Virus record (IMG/VR): IMGVR_UViG_3300027770_000034
Strand: one strand, 5' to 3'
DNA: 52,140 nt
Source: a virus
Lineage: Duplodnaviria > Heunggongvirae > Uroviricota > Caudoviricetes
The position numbers were made by a program, and so were the translations under genes. The notes under the pieces were generated by a model. The model did no database searches. It was not told where the DNA came from and saw only the letters and a program-made list of their open reading frames with translations. This document shows positions 18,389 to 27,329 of this stretch, one piece after another; positions within the stretch are counted from its first letter, which is position 1, and each line of letters starts with the position of its first letter.

Positions 18389-19534
18389 ATGCATCATTCA
18401 GCTTATGTAAACGCGGAAAAATTCGCAATAAAATACACTCCAAACTTAGAGGGTAAAAAAATTCTTGACGTTGGTTCATACGATGTTAACGGAACATTAA
18501 AACCAATTTTTGAGAAAGGAATCTACACTGGTTTGGATATGGAAGCAGGTCCAAATGTTGATGTTGTTTCTGATGCTCATAATATCCCTTTTGATAATGA
18601 ACATTTTGATATTGTTACATCATCGTCTTGTTTTGAACACGATGATATGTTTTGGGTAACATTCTTAGAAATGTGTAGAGTGGTAAAACCTGGTGGTTAT
18701 CTATATGTTCAAGCACCTTCAAATGGACCATACCACGGATGGCCTGGTGACAATTGGAGATTCTATATTGATAGTTGGAAAGCCTTAGAAAAGTGGGGTA
18801 AAAGAGAAGGATATGATATTGAATTAGTTGAACACTACATAGATGAGACAACTCCACCAGCAGAACACGAAGGAGATAGATTATGGAATGATTCTGTTGC
18901 GATATACAAGAAGAAACCATTACAAACATTTAATACTGATTTAAAGTCTATTGAAATAGGACATTTAAATACGACATATAGAGGGGTTATAATGCACAAA
19001 TGTCCATTTGATGTTACGATGTATCAAATGATAATAAATGAACTTAAACCTGACTTAATTATTGAGATTGGTACTTACAAAGGAGGTGGTGCCTTATATT
19101 ACGCTGACTTATTAGATATTATCGGTAAGGGAGAAGTTCATACAATTAATATAATGGAGGATGTTACTGACCCACAAATTATTAATAACTCAAGAATTAA
19201 ACGATTCACTGAAGGATATCAAAACTATGATATTAGTTTGGCTAACGGTTTTGAAAAAGTTTTGGTAATTGATGATGGTTCACATCATGCTCACGAAGTA
19301 TTGGAGGCGTTCAATAAATTCAAATCAGTAGTAACTTTAGGTTCGTACTATATTATTGAAGACGGAGTATTAAGTGATTTAGGTTATAACCCAACATATG
19401 GTGGTGGACCATTACAGGTTATGGATGAAATTATCAATAACAATAAAGACTTTACGGTTGATAGAAAATGGTGTGATTTTTATGGTGAGAATGCAACATT
19501 TAACCCTAATGGATATCTTAAAAGAACCAACTGA
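18389..19534 (+). CDS. Fusion of a class I SAM methyltransferase and a CmcI/rhamnosyl O-methyltransferase-like domain
   Basis: ILDVGSYDVNG..FEHDDMFW..VKPGG, then MHKCPFD..YQMIINELKPDLIIEIGTYKGG..VIDDGSH..YYIIEDG..FNPNGYLKR. Confidence 0.85.
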   Translation: MHHSAYVNAEKFAIKYTPNLEGKKILDVGSYDVNGTLKPIFEKGIYTGLDMEAGPNVDVVSDAHNIPFDNEHFDIVTSSSCFEHDDMFWVTFLEMCRVVKPGGYLYVQAPSNGPYHGWPGDNWRFYIDSWKALEKWGKREGYDIELVEHYIDETTPPAEHEGDRLWNDSVAIYKKKPLQTFNTDLKSIEIGHLNTTYRGVIMHKCPFDVTMYQMIINELKPDLIIEIGTYKGGGALYYADLLDIIGKGEVHTINIMEDVTDPQIINNSRIKRFTEGYQNYDISLANGFEKVLVIDDGSHHAHEVLEAFNKFKSVVTLGSYYIIEDGVLSDLGYNPTYGGGPLQVMDEIINNNKDFTVDRKWCDFYGENATFNPNGYLKRTN

Positions 19535-19540
19535 AGGACA

Positions 19541-20470
19541 ATGAATAAAGTAGCGTTAATCAGTACTTACTGTGATAATCAGGAAAAATTAGATGTTCTT
19601 GAGAAAAATATTGGCATAGTTAAATCTTATGGTTTAGATGTTATAGTGGTTAGTCCTATTGTTTTACCTGAAAGTATTCAAAAACAATGTGATTACTATT
19701 TCTTAACCAAAGACAATCCTGTGTTAGATTGGCCCAAAAGGGCAATGTACATATGGAGACAACTACCTTTAGGTGATGAGAAAATTGTAATAACAACAAC
19801 ATATCCTGACTACGGATGGGCGGGATTACTTCAAGTTAGACAATTAAGTGATATTGCATTAATGTTAAATTATGATTGTTTTTACCATATGATATATGAT
19901 TTAAAAATTGATGATAATGTAAAACATTATTTTGACAACCCACATGAAAATATAATTTTCCCATCCAAAAGAGGAAATGAGATATGGAAAGTAGGATTAC
20001 ACCTTATGATTTTTGATAGAAAGAATCTAACACAATTTAAGTCGTTAATCTCAGAAGAAAGTTATTTTGCGGTTAAAGGAGACCACGCATTTAAATGGTT
20101 AGAAAGAATTATTGGTACAACAAAATCTGAAATTGCAGAAACGCCTGTAGAAGATGAAATATATTACTACGAAGGTCACGACTTTTTCAATTCATCACCA
20201 GCAGAAGGAGTTAAATTTTTTATAAATAAAAACGATGAGGTTGATGAGACAATAAAACTATTATTTTATTATGTTTCTGAACCAAAAGAGGTAAGGATTA
20301 CTATAAATGATACCTTTTATGATTATGTAATTAATAAAGACTCACTCATTGATTTAGGGTTTGATAAATTTAATATTCCAAAAGTGTTATTTAAATATAT
20401 GGGTGTTGAATATGATATTACCAATACAATTAAAAAAATAAAACATAGTACACTTAACGTAACTAACTAA
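19541..20470 (+). CDS. Hypothetical protein in the glycan cassette, possible GT-A-like fold
   Basis: 309-aa ORF tightly coupled to its neighbours. No decisive motif recognised. Confidence 0.6.
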   Translation: MNKVALISTYCDNQEKLDVLEKNIGIVKSYGLDVIVVSPIVLPESIQKQCDYYFLTKDNPVLDWPKRAMYIWRQLPLGDEKIVITTTYPDYGWAGLLQVRQLSDIALMLNYDCFYHMIYDLKIDDNVKHYFDNPHENIIFPSKRGNEIWKVGLHLMIFDRKNLTQFKSLISEESYFAVKGDHAFKWLERIIGTTKSEIAETPVEDEIYYYEGHDFFNSSPAEGVKFFINKNDEVDETIKLLFYYVSEPKEVRITINDTFYDYVINKDSLIDLGFDKFNIPKVLFKYMGVEYDITNTIKKIKHSTLNVTN

Positions 20471-21018
20471 TGATTGAGAATATACATTTATGGCATGCTG
20501 ATAGAGGAAGTTATTTTGATAGAAACGTCAACATAATTTCTTGGAGTAATGATTACCATATACACGTTGGGAAATACTGTTCTATCGGAAGAGATTGTAA
20601 TTTCTTTTTACATGCAAACCATAGACCTGATTGGATAACAACATCCTCCCAACTGTGGGGACCTGTTACACCTGAAATTGCATCATTACACATGGAGATG
20701 GGTCATCCATCTTGTAAAGGTGATATTATAGTTGGTAGTGATGTTTGGATTGGTGCCAAGTCAACAATAATGTCTGGTATTAAAATCGGACACGGAGCAA
20801 TTGTTGCTGCGGGTGCATTAGTAACCAAAGACGTTGAACCATTTTCCGTTGTTGGTGGTAATCCTGCAAAACATTTAAAGTACAGATTTGAAGAACAACA
20901 AATTAAAGACCTCTTAGATATTGCTTGGTGGGATTGGGAAGAAAGTAAGATTAAAGAAGAAGCGATGACATTATGGAGTCAAGACATAAATTATTTTATA
21001 GAAAAACATAAGAAATGA
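20470..21018 (+). CDS. CatB/Vat-like hexapeptide O-acetyltransferase
   Basis: VGKYCSIG, NHRPDWITT, KGDIIVGSDVWIG, GAIVAAGALVTKDVEPFSVVGGNPAKHLKYRF. Confidence 0.85.
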   Translation: MIENIHLWHADRGSYFDRNVNIISWSNDYHIHVGKYCSIGRDCNFFLHANHRPDWITTSSQLWGPVTPEIASLHMEMGHPSCKGDIIVGSDVWIGAKSTIMSGIKIGHGAIVAAGALVTKDVEPFSVVGGNPAKHLKYRFEEQQIKDLLDIAWWDWEESKIKEEAMTLWSQDINYFIEKHKK

Positions 21019-21860
21019 TAACAGTAACATATAATTCAGACGGTATTAAAGTTAGTGTTGGACACATTAGCAAATACAACAAAAATTTACCATTAAAGTT
21101 AAACATTAGAAAGCATGTTAGTGGAGATGTACAATGGTCATCAAACTTAAATGATAATTGGTTTGCTACATATCCTAATACAGAAATGTTTGATGTTGAA
21201 ATTCTTGATTCAAGAGGAGTAATTGTGTATACCAAAAAATGGGACATCATGGAGCACGGAAACCATTTCTATAAGTCTTTATGGGCCTATAATAAATCAT
21301 TATTATCTAATGGAAAATTCCCAACAGGGTTAGTTATCGGAACACATGATGGTGAGTTTGGAGAGTGGGTACCAATAGTTCAAAATAGAGAATGTAAGGT
21401 TGTTTTAGTTGAAGCTTCAGACAAACAATTTAATAAGTTAAAACAAAATTATACTAAAAACTCACTCGTTAAACCAATTCAAAATTTAATAACACCAAAT
21501 GGTGGAGAGGTTGAATTTTTTGAGGGAGGTGAGGGATATACAAATACCATAGTTGAAAGTGTTATTAAACATTGGGAAAAAGAAGAAATTCACTCAACTA
21601 AAAAAAGCTCTATTAGTATTACCGATTTGATTCTATCAGAATGTGGTGGGCAAATTGATTGGTTACACCTTGATGTTGAAGGGTTAGATGCTCAATTAAT
21701 TATGGGGATTGATGAAACTAAAGTTTCATTACCCAATTTTATTATTTTTGAAGATTATAATTTATCTCAAGATAAAAAAGATGAGATTTATAACTGGTTA
21801 AAGAACAAAGGCTTTGAGCTCAAATCTGAGGGTGGAATTTGTGAGGCAATAAAAAATTAA
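21015..21860 (+). CDS. FkbM-family methyltransferase with N-terminal beta-rich extension
   Basis: VIGTHDG, VVLVEAS..FNKLKQNY, IDWLHLDVEGLD, IIFE. Confidence 0.75.
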   Translation: MITVTYNSDGIKVSVGHISKYNKNLPLKLNIRKHVSGDVQWSSNLNDNWFATYPNTEMFDVEILDSRGVIVYTKKWDIMEHGNHFYKSLWAYNKSLLSNGKFPTGLVIGTHDGEFGEWVPIVQNRECKVVLVEASDKQFNKLKQNYTKNSLVKPIQNLITPNGGEVEFFEGGEGYTNTIVESVIKHWEKEEIHSTKKSSISITDLILSECGGQIDWLHLDVEGLDAQLIMGIDETKVSLPNFIIFEDYNLSQDKKDEIYNWLKNKGFELKSEGGICEAIKN

Positions 21861-21861
21861 A

Positions 21862-22038
21862 CTATATTTTCTTTTTTTGTTCTTGTTTTGAATTGTATAA
21901 TTTAAGGAGTTTTAATGAGTCCTTATAGTGTTTTTCTAGTCTATCCAATTCTTCTAAGGGTACGTTTGTTTCTGAGGCAGCGTTATACTGGTCCTCAGCT
22001 TCTTGTATAATTTTCTTTATGGTCTTTAGAAGTTTCAT
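21862..22038 (-). CDS. Small hypothetical protein (58 aa), absent from the ORF track
   Basis: Hand translation: MKLLKTIKKIIQEAEDQYNAASETNVPLEELDRLEKHYKDSLKLLKLYNSKQEQKKKI*. It fills the intergenic gap, and a minus-strand TATTTAT lies at 22044-22050 just upstream. Confidence 0.6.
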   Translation of the reverse strand: MKLLKTIKKIIQEAEDQYNAASETNVPLEELDRLEKHYKDSLKLLKLYNSKQEQKKKI

Positions 22039-22122
22039 ATATGATAAATATAGTCTAAACCTATCTTTATTTAGTTTTCAATAAAACTATATTTTAATAT
22101 CTTTAAAAACCAATAGTCAGGT

Positions 22123-22136
22123 TATTTATAGAGTAA
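22123..22136 (+). promoter_or_regulatory. Putative late-promoter motif TATTTATAGAGTAA
   Basis: Identical to 4510-4523 and 10 nt before the ATG at 22147. Confidence 0.55.
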
Positions 22137-22146
22137 GAATAAATTA

Positions 22147-25100
22147 ATGGCTGCAAATATTTTCATAAGTAATAGTTCACTAGACATTGTCATAAACGAT
22201 GTATACTTCAATGGAGTCCAAGCGACTTATGCTGGAGGAGTTCCTCTACCAAACCAAACAGGTGATGGAACTAATTTAGAAACAACACAAGTTGGAACTT
22301 ATACTTTAGATGTTTACTATTCTGTAGGTGTTCCAGGACAAAATATAACAATCACAGACAGTGATGGAACATTCCAATGTTACTTCTTCGGTTCGTCAGG
22401 AGTTGCCTCATTTATAAATGTGAATTATGATGGTTTTACTCCAATATACATATATGGTTATGACGGAGCTTGTTCTCCTCCACCAACACCAACCGAAACA
22501 TCTGTGACTCCAACACCAACACCAACAATCCCTTGTATTGATTGTCAAGATTACTATAATAATTCAGGGCCGTTGACTGGTTTCTATTATTATGATTGTA
22601 ATGGGGTTTATCATGCTAATGAATCTTTAGATTACGGTGGTAGTATTTGTGTCAGTGGAGGATTGACTGGACCTGTAGGATTCTTAACTTTAATAGGTAC
22701 TTGTGGTACTTACTGCCCTGGTGACATTACAACCCCTACGCCAACGCCAGATTCAACACCACCATCAACGCCAGATTCAACACCACCTGTTACACCAACA
22801 CCAACACCAATATGTTCTGTTGTTTCATTCAACGGTTTTTCAGGACTATCATTGAACGATGCTTGTGCTCAACTATATCCAATAACAATTTACTATTGTG
22901 GGTCTTTAGGTGTGGGTACTGATTTATATGCCGACGCATCATTAATAAATCCTGTTAATACACCAGGATATTATAATGACCCGAATAACTTACAAGTTTA
23001 TCATGTTGGACTGCCAAGTGTTCAAGATGGAAGAGTCACTGACATTCAATACTGTTTACTACCAACTCCAACTCAAACACAAACACCTACTGAAACTACT
23101 CCGTGTAGTTGTACATATTATGATGTTATTGTTACTAATAATGATATAGATAGTGCTACGGGTAACACTACAACAAATTGGAATAATACCGTTTGGGCGT
23201 GGTATTATGATTGTAATACGGGTTTTTCTTTAGATATGATTTTTTATTCTGCTGACCCTTATTATAATACTTTATGTAATAATAATATTATCGGGGTGCC
23301 ATATTTGTATTATCATATAAATGATGTACCAACAGCTTTAGGAATAACGTCTACAATAACTAATAATTTAACTTGTTGTACTGTTGACCCAACTCCAACT
23401 AATACCCAAACACCAAGTGAAACTCCAACACAAACACCTACAAATACAGAAACACCAACCCAAACTCCAACACCAATATGTTCTGTTGTTTCCTTCAATG
23501 GTTTCTCAGGATTATCACTTAACGATGCTTGTGCTCAATTATATCCATTAACAATTTATTATTGTGGTTCTTTGGGTGTGGGTACTGATTTATACGCCGA
23601 CGCATCATTAATAAATCCTGTTAATACGCCAGGATATTATAATGACCCGAATAACTTACAAGTTTATCATGTTGGACTGCCAAGTGTTCAAGATGGAAGA
23701 GTTACCGACATTCAATATTGTACTCTACCAACACCTTCTCCAACACAGACACCTTCAGAAACTCCAACTCAAACTCCAACATTAAGTCCTGGCGCAAGTC
23801 CATATCCAACTACAACACCTACGCCAACACCAAGTGAAACACCAAGTGAAACACCGCCAGTAACACCAAGTGAAACACCGCCAGTAACTCCAAGTGAAAC
23901 ACCGCCAGTAACACCAAGTGAAACACCGCCAGTAACACCAAGTGAAACACCGCCAGTAACACCAAGTGAAACACCAAGTGAAACACCAACACCAACTCAG
24001 ACACCAACTCCAAGTATAACAGCATCACAAACTCAGACACCTACGCCAGACCCGACGCCAACTATAACACCAACATCAAGTATAACTGCGTCGCAAACTC
24101 AGACACCAACACCAAGTATAACTGCGTCACAAACTCAGACACCAACACCAAGTATAACTGCGTCACCAACACCAACACCAGGATTTGCGGTTCAATTTGT
24201 AGATTGTTCTAATAGTGAGAATATTTTCAGATTTAATGACCCAGCAATTCCCTCAACGATTGGAGTAACTTATTACATTACAGGAAGTACATCATTTGAT
24301 GGATGTGCAACTACGGTTGTTAATGATGGTTCAGGTCCTCAATATAATGGAGCAGGAGTTTCATTCTTAATGACAGGTGCAGGATGTGGTGACCCAATTT
24401 GTCCAAGGTCAAGTAATAAAGCCGCGTTATTAACAAGATGTTCCGATGGAGAAGTATTTTATTTCAATGTTGAGGAAGACACAGCATTTGTAGGCGCAGC
24501 ATATGTTTATGATGGTGTATGTTATGGGTTTGTTGAATTTTCAGGTCCAGGTGGAGATAACATTGGTTCACCATTATACCAGAATTGTTTTGATTGTTTG
24601 GCACAACCAACTCCAACTCCAACACCTTATCCAACACCTACAAATACGCCGACTGTTTCATCTACACCACCAGCATGTATCTATACATCATTTTGTTTAA
24701 GTTCAACACTTTCAAGCGTAATTAACTACAACGGAAATTATGACGAAACTGGATTTTATAATGGTAAACCATATTATGTGGGTGATGGTGCGACAACAGG
24801 TTACATTTATTATGTAACAGGTTCAACAGAGTATTGGTGTTTATCAAGTAGTCTTGGAGGTACTTGTATTTTACAAGGAGCTTCTCCTTGTTATTCACAA
24901 TGTCCTGATATATTGGCCAATGGGTTTACAGGTGGAATTTGTCCTACACCAACACCAACACCAATTAACTGTAATACATTTAATTTTAATGCTTATTTTG
25001 ATTGTGATTGGGAACCATTACCAACACCTACACCAAGTGTTGCTTGTGACGATGTCAATTTTGATATAGGTTCTATCGGAGTTACTCCGACACCATCTCC

Positions 25101-26391
25101 AACAGGAATTATTTGTGATGGAAAGGCGGTTACCTTTTCAATGAGTGGATATACACCAGCAGTTACGCCAACAATACCATTAACACCTACAGTAACAATA
25201 ACAAGAACTGTGGATGTTGCAGGTCAAGCAACTTTCAATATGTTAGATGAAACATTTAGTTGTGTTTCTGTTAAGGTTCTTACAAACTGCAACACAGGCA
25301 TGGAACTTTATACTTCAAGTAATTTATCATACAATGGAATAACTGTAGTTACAGGAATGACATTCTTTGCTTTAATTAATAATGAGAATGTTTGTGTGAC
25401 ATATACAAGAAATGATACTAATTTCTCTTCAAACTCTATTGTTAATCAAATATTCCAAATTTACTCAAATTGTGCAAACTGTTCAAATGTGCCAACACCG
25501 ACACCATCAGTGACAACAACACCTACTCAAACACCATCGGCAACTGCAGGACTTACGCCAACGGCAACCGCAACTCCACCAGTAACACCAACCCAAACAT
25601 TAACACAAACACCAACTCCTTCACCAACATCAACACTTGGAAGTACTCCAACTGAAACACCAAGTAATACTCCAACTGAAACGCCACCAGTAACACCAAC
25701 TCAAACACAAACAGCATCAAACACACCAACACCTTCAATAACAAAATCACCAACACCAACTCCTGTTTGGGTTTATGTTTATCAAAGTTGTCAACAAATA
25801 CAATTTGGTAAGTTCACATCATTTGCTCAGGTAATTCAAACTCAACAAGTGTCATTCACAGTTATTGTTGGAGAATCCTTTAAAGATGACCAAGGAAATT
25901 GTTGGGTTTATAATGGAAGATTTGAAGTAGATTATATTGCACCACCTACAATGACACCAATAACATTCCAAGGAAACTATTTTGCAAATGCTCCATCAAC
26001 AGTTTATACTTCTTGTGATGATTGTTTAACACCTGTTACTCCCCCTCAACAAACAGTGACTGGAGCTGGTGGATATATGCAACCTTGTCTTGGAGGAACG
26101 ATTGATGACTATATGGGGGCATCTGTAATTTTAGATACACCTGTAACTGTTGATACAACAGTTGAAATTATTGTTTATTATCAATACCGTAATAGTTACA
26201 TATCATGTAGTAGTAAATTATCAAACAATAATTCAACTTCATTCGGTGTGTTTATTCCTGCGGGAGAATCTTATGGAGCGGTTGATGCATGTACACAAGG
26301 TCAATACTTCTCAACAGGGGCTAATATATGTGGAGCATGTATTATTGGTTCGGACAATCCGAATATAAACTTTGGAACATACGGATGTTAA
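22147..26391 (+). CDS. Large Thr-Pro-linker, Cys-rich multidomain putative virion protein (1414 aa)
   Basis: Many small Cys/Tyr/Gly-rich domains separated by TPTPT linkers, with an internal domain duplication. Confidence 0.75.
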   Translation: MAANIFISNSSLDIVINDVYFNGVQATYAGGVPLPNQTGDGTNLETTQVGTYTLDVYYSVGVPGQNITITDSDGTFQCYFFGSSGVASFINVNYDGFTPIYIYGYDGACSPPPTPTETSVTPTPTPTIPCIDCQDYYNNSGPLTGFYYYDCNGVYHANESLDYGGSICVSGGLTGPVGFLTLIGTCGTYCPGDITTPTPTPDSTPPSTPDSTPPVTPTPTPICSVVSFNGFSGLSLNDACAQLYPITIYYCGSLGVGTDLYADASLINPVNTPGYYNDPNNLQVYHVGLPSVQDGRVTDIQYCLLPTPTQTQTPTETTPCSCTYYDVIVTNNDIDSATGNTTTNWNNTVWAWYYDCNTGFSLDMIFYSADPYYNTLCNNNIIGVPYLYYHINDVPTALGITSTITNNLTCCTVDPTPTNTQTPSETPTQTPTNTETPTQTPTPICSVVSFNGFSGLSLNDACAQLYPLTIYYCGSLGVGTDLYADASLINPVNTPGYYNDPNNLQVYHVGLPSVQDGRVTDIQYCTLPTPSPTQTPSETPTQTPTLSPGASPYPTTTPTPTPSETPSETPPVTPSETPPVTPSETPPVTPSETPPVTPSETPPVTPSETPSETPTPTQTPTPSITASQTQTPTPDPTPTITPTSSITASQTQTPTPSITASQTQTPTPSITASPTPTPGFAVQFVDCSNSENIFRFNDPAIPSTIGVTYYITGSTSFDGCATTVVNDGSGPQYNGAGVSFLMTGAGCGDPICPRSSNKAALLTRCSDGEVFYFNVEEDTAFVGAAYVYDGVCYGFVEFSGPGGDNIGSPLYQNCFDCLAQPTPTPTPYPTPTNTPTVSSTPPACIYTSFCLSSTLSSVINYNGNYDETGFYNGKPYYVGDGATTGYIYYVTGSTEYWCLSSSLGGTCILQGASPCYSQCPDILANGFTGGICPTPTPTPINCNTFNFNAYFDCDWEPLPTPTPSVACDDVNFDIGSIGVTPTPSPTGIICDGKAVTFSMSGYTPAVTPTIPLTPTVTITRTVDVAGQATFNMLDETFSCVSVKVLTNCNTGMELYTSSNLSYNGITVVTGMTFFALINNENVCVTYTRNDTNFSSNSIVNQIFQIYSNCANCSNVPTPTPSVTTTPTQTPSATAGLTPTATATPPVTPTQTLTQTPTPSPTSTLGSTPTETPSNTPTETPPVTPTQTQTASNTPTPSITKSPTPTPVWVYVYQSCQQIQFGKFTSFAQVIQTQQVSFTVIVGESFKDDQGNCWVYNGRFEVDYIAPPTMTPITFQGNYFANAPSTVYTSCDDCLTPVTPPQQTVTGAGGYMQPCLGGTIDDYMGASVILDTPVTVDTTVEIIVYYQYRNSYISCSSKLSNNNSTSFGVFIPAGESYGAVDACTQGQYFSTGANICGACIIGSDNPNINFGTYGC
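22801..23721 (+). repeat. Near-identical 255-bp direct repeat (22801-23055 and 23467-23721)
   Basis: Both copies encode PTPICSVVSFNGFSGLSLNDACAQLYP(I/L)TIYYCGSLG...RVTDIQYC, offset by 666 nt. Confidence 0.9.
23839..23958 (+). repeat. Five tandem 24-bp units (TPSETPPV)
   Basis: ACACCAAGTGAAACACCGCCAGTA five times, with one synonymous variant. Confidence 0.9.
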
Positions 26392-26405
26392 ATATTTAAA
26401 TAATA

Positions 26406-26624
26406 ATGGCAGTTCAAGTAACAATATCTAATGTAACAGGACAAACACCTTATGATGTGTATGTTTGTCAAACAAATGGTTCGTCTTGTTTCTATATAAC
26501 AACAACAAGCTCAATACCATATGTTTTTGACATACCAGCACCTTATAACAATTTATCTGCTTACATGTTAAAGTTGATTGATGGTAATAATTGCATAATC
26601 TCTGGAACAACAACAGTATCGTGA
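26406..26624 (+). CDS. Small Cys-containing beta-rich putative virion protein (72 aa)
   Basis: Paralogous to the N-terminal domain of the next gene. Confidence 0.7.
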   Translation: MAVQVTISNVTGQTPYDVYVCQTNGSSCFYITTTSSIPYVFDIPAPYNNLSAYMLKLIDGNNCIISGTTTVS

Positions 26625-27268
26625 GTCAACAAGTAACCATAAAATCAGTAACCGCAAATACACCAGTAGATGTTTACTACTGTAATTCATTTAGTGCAAG
26701 TTGTGTATATGTCGCAACAGTATCAACATTTCCTTATGTTTTTGACGTTCCACCGCCATATGATGAAACGAATATTGTTATAAAAATTGTAGATGTTAAT
26801 GGATGTATTGATGGAGACATTGTTTATATAACGCCAACACCAACACCATCATTTACACCGACACCAACATTGACTCCAACACAAACTGCCAGTCAAACAC
26901 CGACGTTTTCACAAACACCAACGCAAACACAAACACAAACCGCAACACAAACTTGTACACCTACATTTACACCATCACCATCTCTAACACCAGCAATCGC
27001 AAAACATGCAATTGGACAAAACAGATATAATACTTCGGGAAGTACTTGTAATGACACAATCACTTTAGAAAATTATTACACTTTTATTAGTGAAGCAAAT
27101 TCAGTTCCAGTTGTTGGAGTTACAGTTTACGAAACTGCGGTAGGTATTATTTTGTATAACGTATACAATGGTCAAAATAAATGGATTAAAATGGGTTTTG
27201 GGTCCGATTATTATGCGGTTCTAATAAACACGGCGGGCAAAATTAGTAATTTTGTAATTTGTTCTTGA
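26621..27268 (+). CDS. Putative virion protein: beta domain, Thr-Pro linker, beta domain
   Basis: The GTG start overlaps the upstream TGA (GTGA). VSQQVTIKSVTANTPVDVYYC..C.Y..T..PYVFDVPPPY matches 26406. Confidence 0.7.
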   Translation: MSQQVTIKSVTANTPVDVYYCNSFSASCVYVATVSTFPYVFDVPPPYDETNIVIKIVDVNGCIDGDIVYITPTPTPSFTPTPTLTPTQTASQTPTFSQTPTQTQTQTATQTCTPTFTPSPSLTPAIAKHAIGQNRYNTSGSTCNDTITLENYYTFISEANSVPVVGVTVYETAVGIILYNVYNGQNKWIKMGFGSDYYAVLINTAGKISNFVICS

Positions 27269-27329
27269 ATTTGACAACTATACAAAATATAATCAATTCT
27301 TATAATTATAAGATATAATAAATTAATAA

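Noticed and set aside
12030-21860. Bacterial chromosomal LPS/capsule locus
   Set aside because: No flippase, polymerase, ABC exporter or housekeeping neighbours are present, and the flanks are phage structural and replication genes. Host-surface modification by the phage remains a possible alternative function.
18389-21860. Methyltransferases as DNA methylases of a restriction-modification system
   Set aside because: No NPPY/DPPY or PC catalytic motifs are evident, and the families and context point to sugar or small-molecule substrates.
27265-27293. TTGAAT-17 nt-TATAAT sigma70-like promoter before 27330
   Set aside because: The context is extremely AT-rich and the motif does not match the inferred host's consensus, so it is likely chance. 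Not reported as a feature.
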